From Candidatus Nanohalarchaeota archaeon (GTDB taxonomy: Archaea > EX4484-52 > B79-G9), in assembly GCA_003660865.1 (NCBI GenBank), contig QMVA01000001.1, positions 1 through 46,661 on the forward strand: a stretch of DNA of 46,661 bases. Reading direction: 5' to 3'. Positions within the stretch are counted from its first letter, which is position 1. Each line of letters begins with the position of its first letter. Position numbers and translations under genes: made by a program. The notes beneath the pieces are model-generated. The model was not told where the DNA came from and did no database searches. It saw only the letters and a list, made by a program, of their open reading frames with translations. Shown in pieces: positions 44,589 to 46,661 of the stretch.

Positions 44589-46274
44589 TCACTTTTCCAG
44601 TGTAGTAAGTATCATGGCAGTTTTCTTTTGGCCAATCATTTTTATGAGTGATGTGAGTTTCGGTCCGTGTTCCTTATTCAGAAGGGCAAGATAAGCTGCC
44701 TTGTAGAACTCTCTCGGTGCAATGCCGGTTTCGCTTACTGTTTTCCTGATAAGTTCCATGTATTCATCTTCTGTATGTTCTCTTTTCTGTGATAGTTTAT
44801 TTCTGAATATCAAAAGCGCTGAAACTTCTGCTTTTTTGAGTTTATTTGCCGGAGCGGACTTGTTTACAATGAATTTGTATTCGTCTGGCGCGAATTCCTT
44901 TGTCCATTTCTTTGCGTAGTTCAGGCGCTCTGTAATGTATTTTCTGTTCATGGCTGAAATGGATTTGTTGATATGTCCTGTCTTTTCCAGGGTCTCTATT
45001 GCAGATTCCACGTTTCCTGTGATCTGTACAAGGGTTGCTGCATAGGTGAATGGAATCTGTGTTGGCATGGTCTTTTTGATAGGGTCCACATGTGAGAGTT
45101 CATATACGCGCTTTTCGTGCCTGGCCTCTTTTTCATTTGGGATGTGTTCTTTGTTGTAGTATATGCGCTCTGTCCTGTCGTAGGATTCGTATAGGAGTAT
45201 TATCTTGTTGGTTCCTATGGGGTCGAAGTCGATTACTGCATGCGGGCGCGTTTTTACGAGAAGATACCGAAGAAGGCTTGCGGGTGCGTAGTCGCTCATG
45301 CCAACAAAGCTTACACCCATGCCTTTTGATGTGCTCATTTTCTTTCCGCCTATTGTGAAGAATTCGTATGCTTTCCCGATTTCTTTTCTTGTTGAGGGGT
45401 ATGGCGGCGGGTAGTTAAATATTTCGTCGCTTATTGCGATTGCCACGCTTCTTGAGCCGCCGTAGGTGAAGTGGTCTTTGCCTGCTGTTTCTACTGCGAC
45501 GCCGATTGTCGGCCATTTTGCTGCCCATTCTACTTTCCACGGGAATTTGCCGTTTCCGTTGTAGGGGCTGATTTCGCCCTTGTGACCGCAGCCTTTTGCC
45601 CAGTCTACAAGGTTGGGTTCGCAGCGATATTTTATGATTTCGCGTTTCTGGTCCCATTCATAGGCGTAGGTTGTGCCTATTTTGCCGCATTTTTCGCATA
45701 TCGGGTTGAATGGGAGTCTTTTTGTCCCGTTTGAGCCTTTGCGTGAGAATCTGCTGTAGATTTCCTGTATCTTATCTGCATTATCAAGCGCAATCTTGAT
45801 AGTCCTGTTAAACAATCCTTTGTCATAAGCTTTGCCTGTGCTTTGAATCTCTGCCTCAATTCCGTATTCTTCGAATTTTTGGGTGCATTGCGAAAAATAG
45901 AGGCTTGCAAAGCTTTCGTATCCTTTTTCTGGGGAAGGAATGTTTCTAAATGGCATCCCGAGGTATTTTTTGTAGGTTGCAGGAAGGTCTTTGTTCATCT
46001 TGTCGAACGGGTCGATGTCGTCTGAGGATAGTATGAATTTTGCTTTCATCCCTTTGTCGCGCATTGCTTTTGCTATGCTGTCATGTATTATCCAGCCTCT
46101 TCCTGCGCCGATGTGGATTTTTCCTGATGGGGTTTTTTCGTCGTAGACTATGTAGCCTTTTTGTTTTACTGTCTTTTTCAGGATTGGGTCTTGTTGTGCG
46201 CGATTGCGCACGATCTCTGCAATATTATCTGCCCAGTGTATATCCTTTCTTGGATTAGTCTTTTGTTGTGTCAT
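44589..46274 (-). CDS. lysS: Lysine--tRNA ligase, class I (archaeal type)
   Basis: 561 aa with an N-terminal HWAD, a HIGH-like HIGAGRG, a KMSKS-like KMSTSKG, and a Cys cluster CEKCGK...C..C in the insertion. This is the class I LysRS architecture. Confidence 0.9.
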   Translation of the reverse strand: MTQQKTNPRKDIHWADNIAEIVRNRAQQDPILKKTVKQKGYIVYDEKTPSGKIHIGAGRGWIIHDSIAKAMRDKGMKAKFILSSDDIDPFDKMNKDLPATYKKYLGMPFRNIPSPEKGYESFASLYFSQCTQKFEEYGIEAEIQSTGKAYDKGLFNRTIKIALDNADKIQEIYSRFSRKGSNGTKRLPFNPICEKCGKIGTTYAYEWDQKREIIKYRCEPNLVDWAKGCGHKGEISPYNGNGKFPWKVEWAAKWPTIGVAVETAGKDHFTYGGSRSVAIAISDEIFNYPPPYPSTRKEIGKAYEFFTIGGKKMSTSKGMGVSFVGMSDYAPASLLRYLLVKTRPHAVIDFDPIGTNKIILLYESYDRTERIYYNKEHIPNEKEARHEKRVYELSHVDPIKKTMPTQIPFTYAATLVQITGNVESAIETLEKTGHINKSISAMNRKYITERLNYAKKWTKEFAPDEYKFIVNKSAPANKLKKAEVSALLIFRNKLSQKREHTEDEYMELIRKTVSETGIAPREFYKAAYLALLNKEHGPKLTSLIKMIGQKKTAMILTTLEK

Positions 46275-46565
46275 CTTATCGCCATTTTGCGTTTTAATGT
46301 TACATTTTCTTTTCCAACTTTATTAAATTTAGGATTGAGATATCACGTTGACCATTGAAAATGCGCAAAAACTCACTAAAACGTAGTAAAAAACAATAGC
46401 TTTAAATACTTTTGCATGTATATAGTATCTCCGAATGATTGAGTCTTTTACATCTCAATGCCTTAAACTGAGTCATAGAATTTTATTGAAACTCGTTTAA
46501 GAGCAAGTAATTGCTCAATAGTCTATCAAAAAAGAATCGTACTTGTTTAGCAAATAATAATCGAC

Positions 46566-46661
46566 ATGCTGAAGCAATACGAATTTAACCAAATTCCTGA
46601 AAAAGCAGACAAAACAACAACATCCGCACCAATAATTTTATGTAAAAATAATGCGGGTTGT
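46566..46661 (+). CDS. Possible 5' end of a CDS running off the window
   Basis: The ATG at 46566 opens MLKQYEFNQIPEKADKTTTSAPIILCKNNAGC..., which stays open to the window end. The fragment is too short to identify. Confidence 0.3.
   Translation, partial: MLKQYEFNQIPEKADKTTTSAPIILCKNNAGC

Overview
This is a 46.7-kb chromosomal segment from an archaeon. The evidence is a class I lysyl-tRNA synthetase, the ether-lipid core genes (two GGGP synthase paralogs, a UbiA-type DGGGP synthase, geranylgeranyl reductase), four proteins with class III (type IV pilin-like) signal peptides, and TATA boxes about 25-30 nt upstream of many start codons. I cannot place the lineage more precisely from sequence alone. 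Coding density is high. There is a complete, translationally coupled trpEGDCFBA operon on the minus strand, plus pyrC, uppP, tatD, nnrD, aspartate kinase, lysS and one tRNA-Pro(UGG). Four accessory-looking blocks stand out. (1) A four-gene pilin-like operon includes a 1251-aa protein whose vWA domain is split by a large insertion; next to it is an 873-aa coiled-coil protein with near-identical 225-bp tandem repeats. (2) A surface-glycan cluster (sugar dehydrogenase, processive GT2, SDR, LmbE-type deacetylase, BshC-like ligase with a zinc-ribbon insertion, methyltransferase) is the most unusual enzymology in the window. (3) A lipid cluster has two tandem DUF116 genes and a divergent second GGGPS paralog embedded in it. 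(4) Two single-gene insertions (a DUF4143 AAA ATPase and an AT-rich methyltransferase) are each flanked by diverged direct duplications of neighbouring sequence. Several non-coding repeat or hairpin families are not explained by the genes. No CRISPR array, rRNA, transposase or integrase was seen. All domain calls come from motif recognition by eye; no database search was run.
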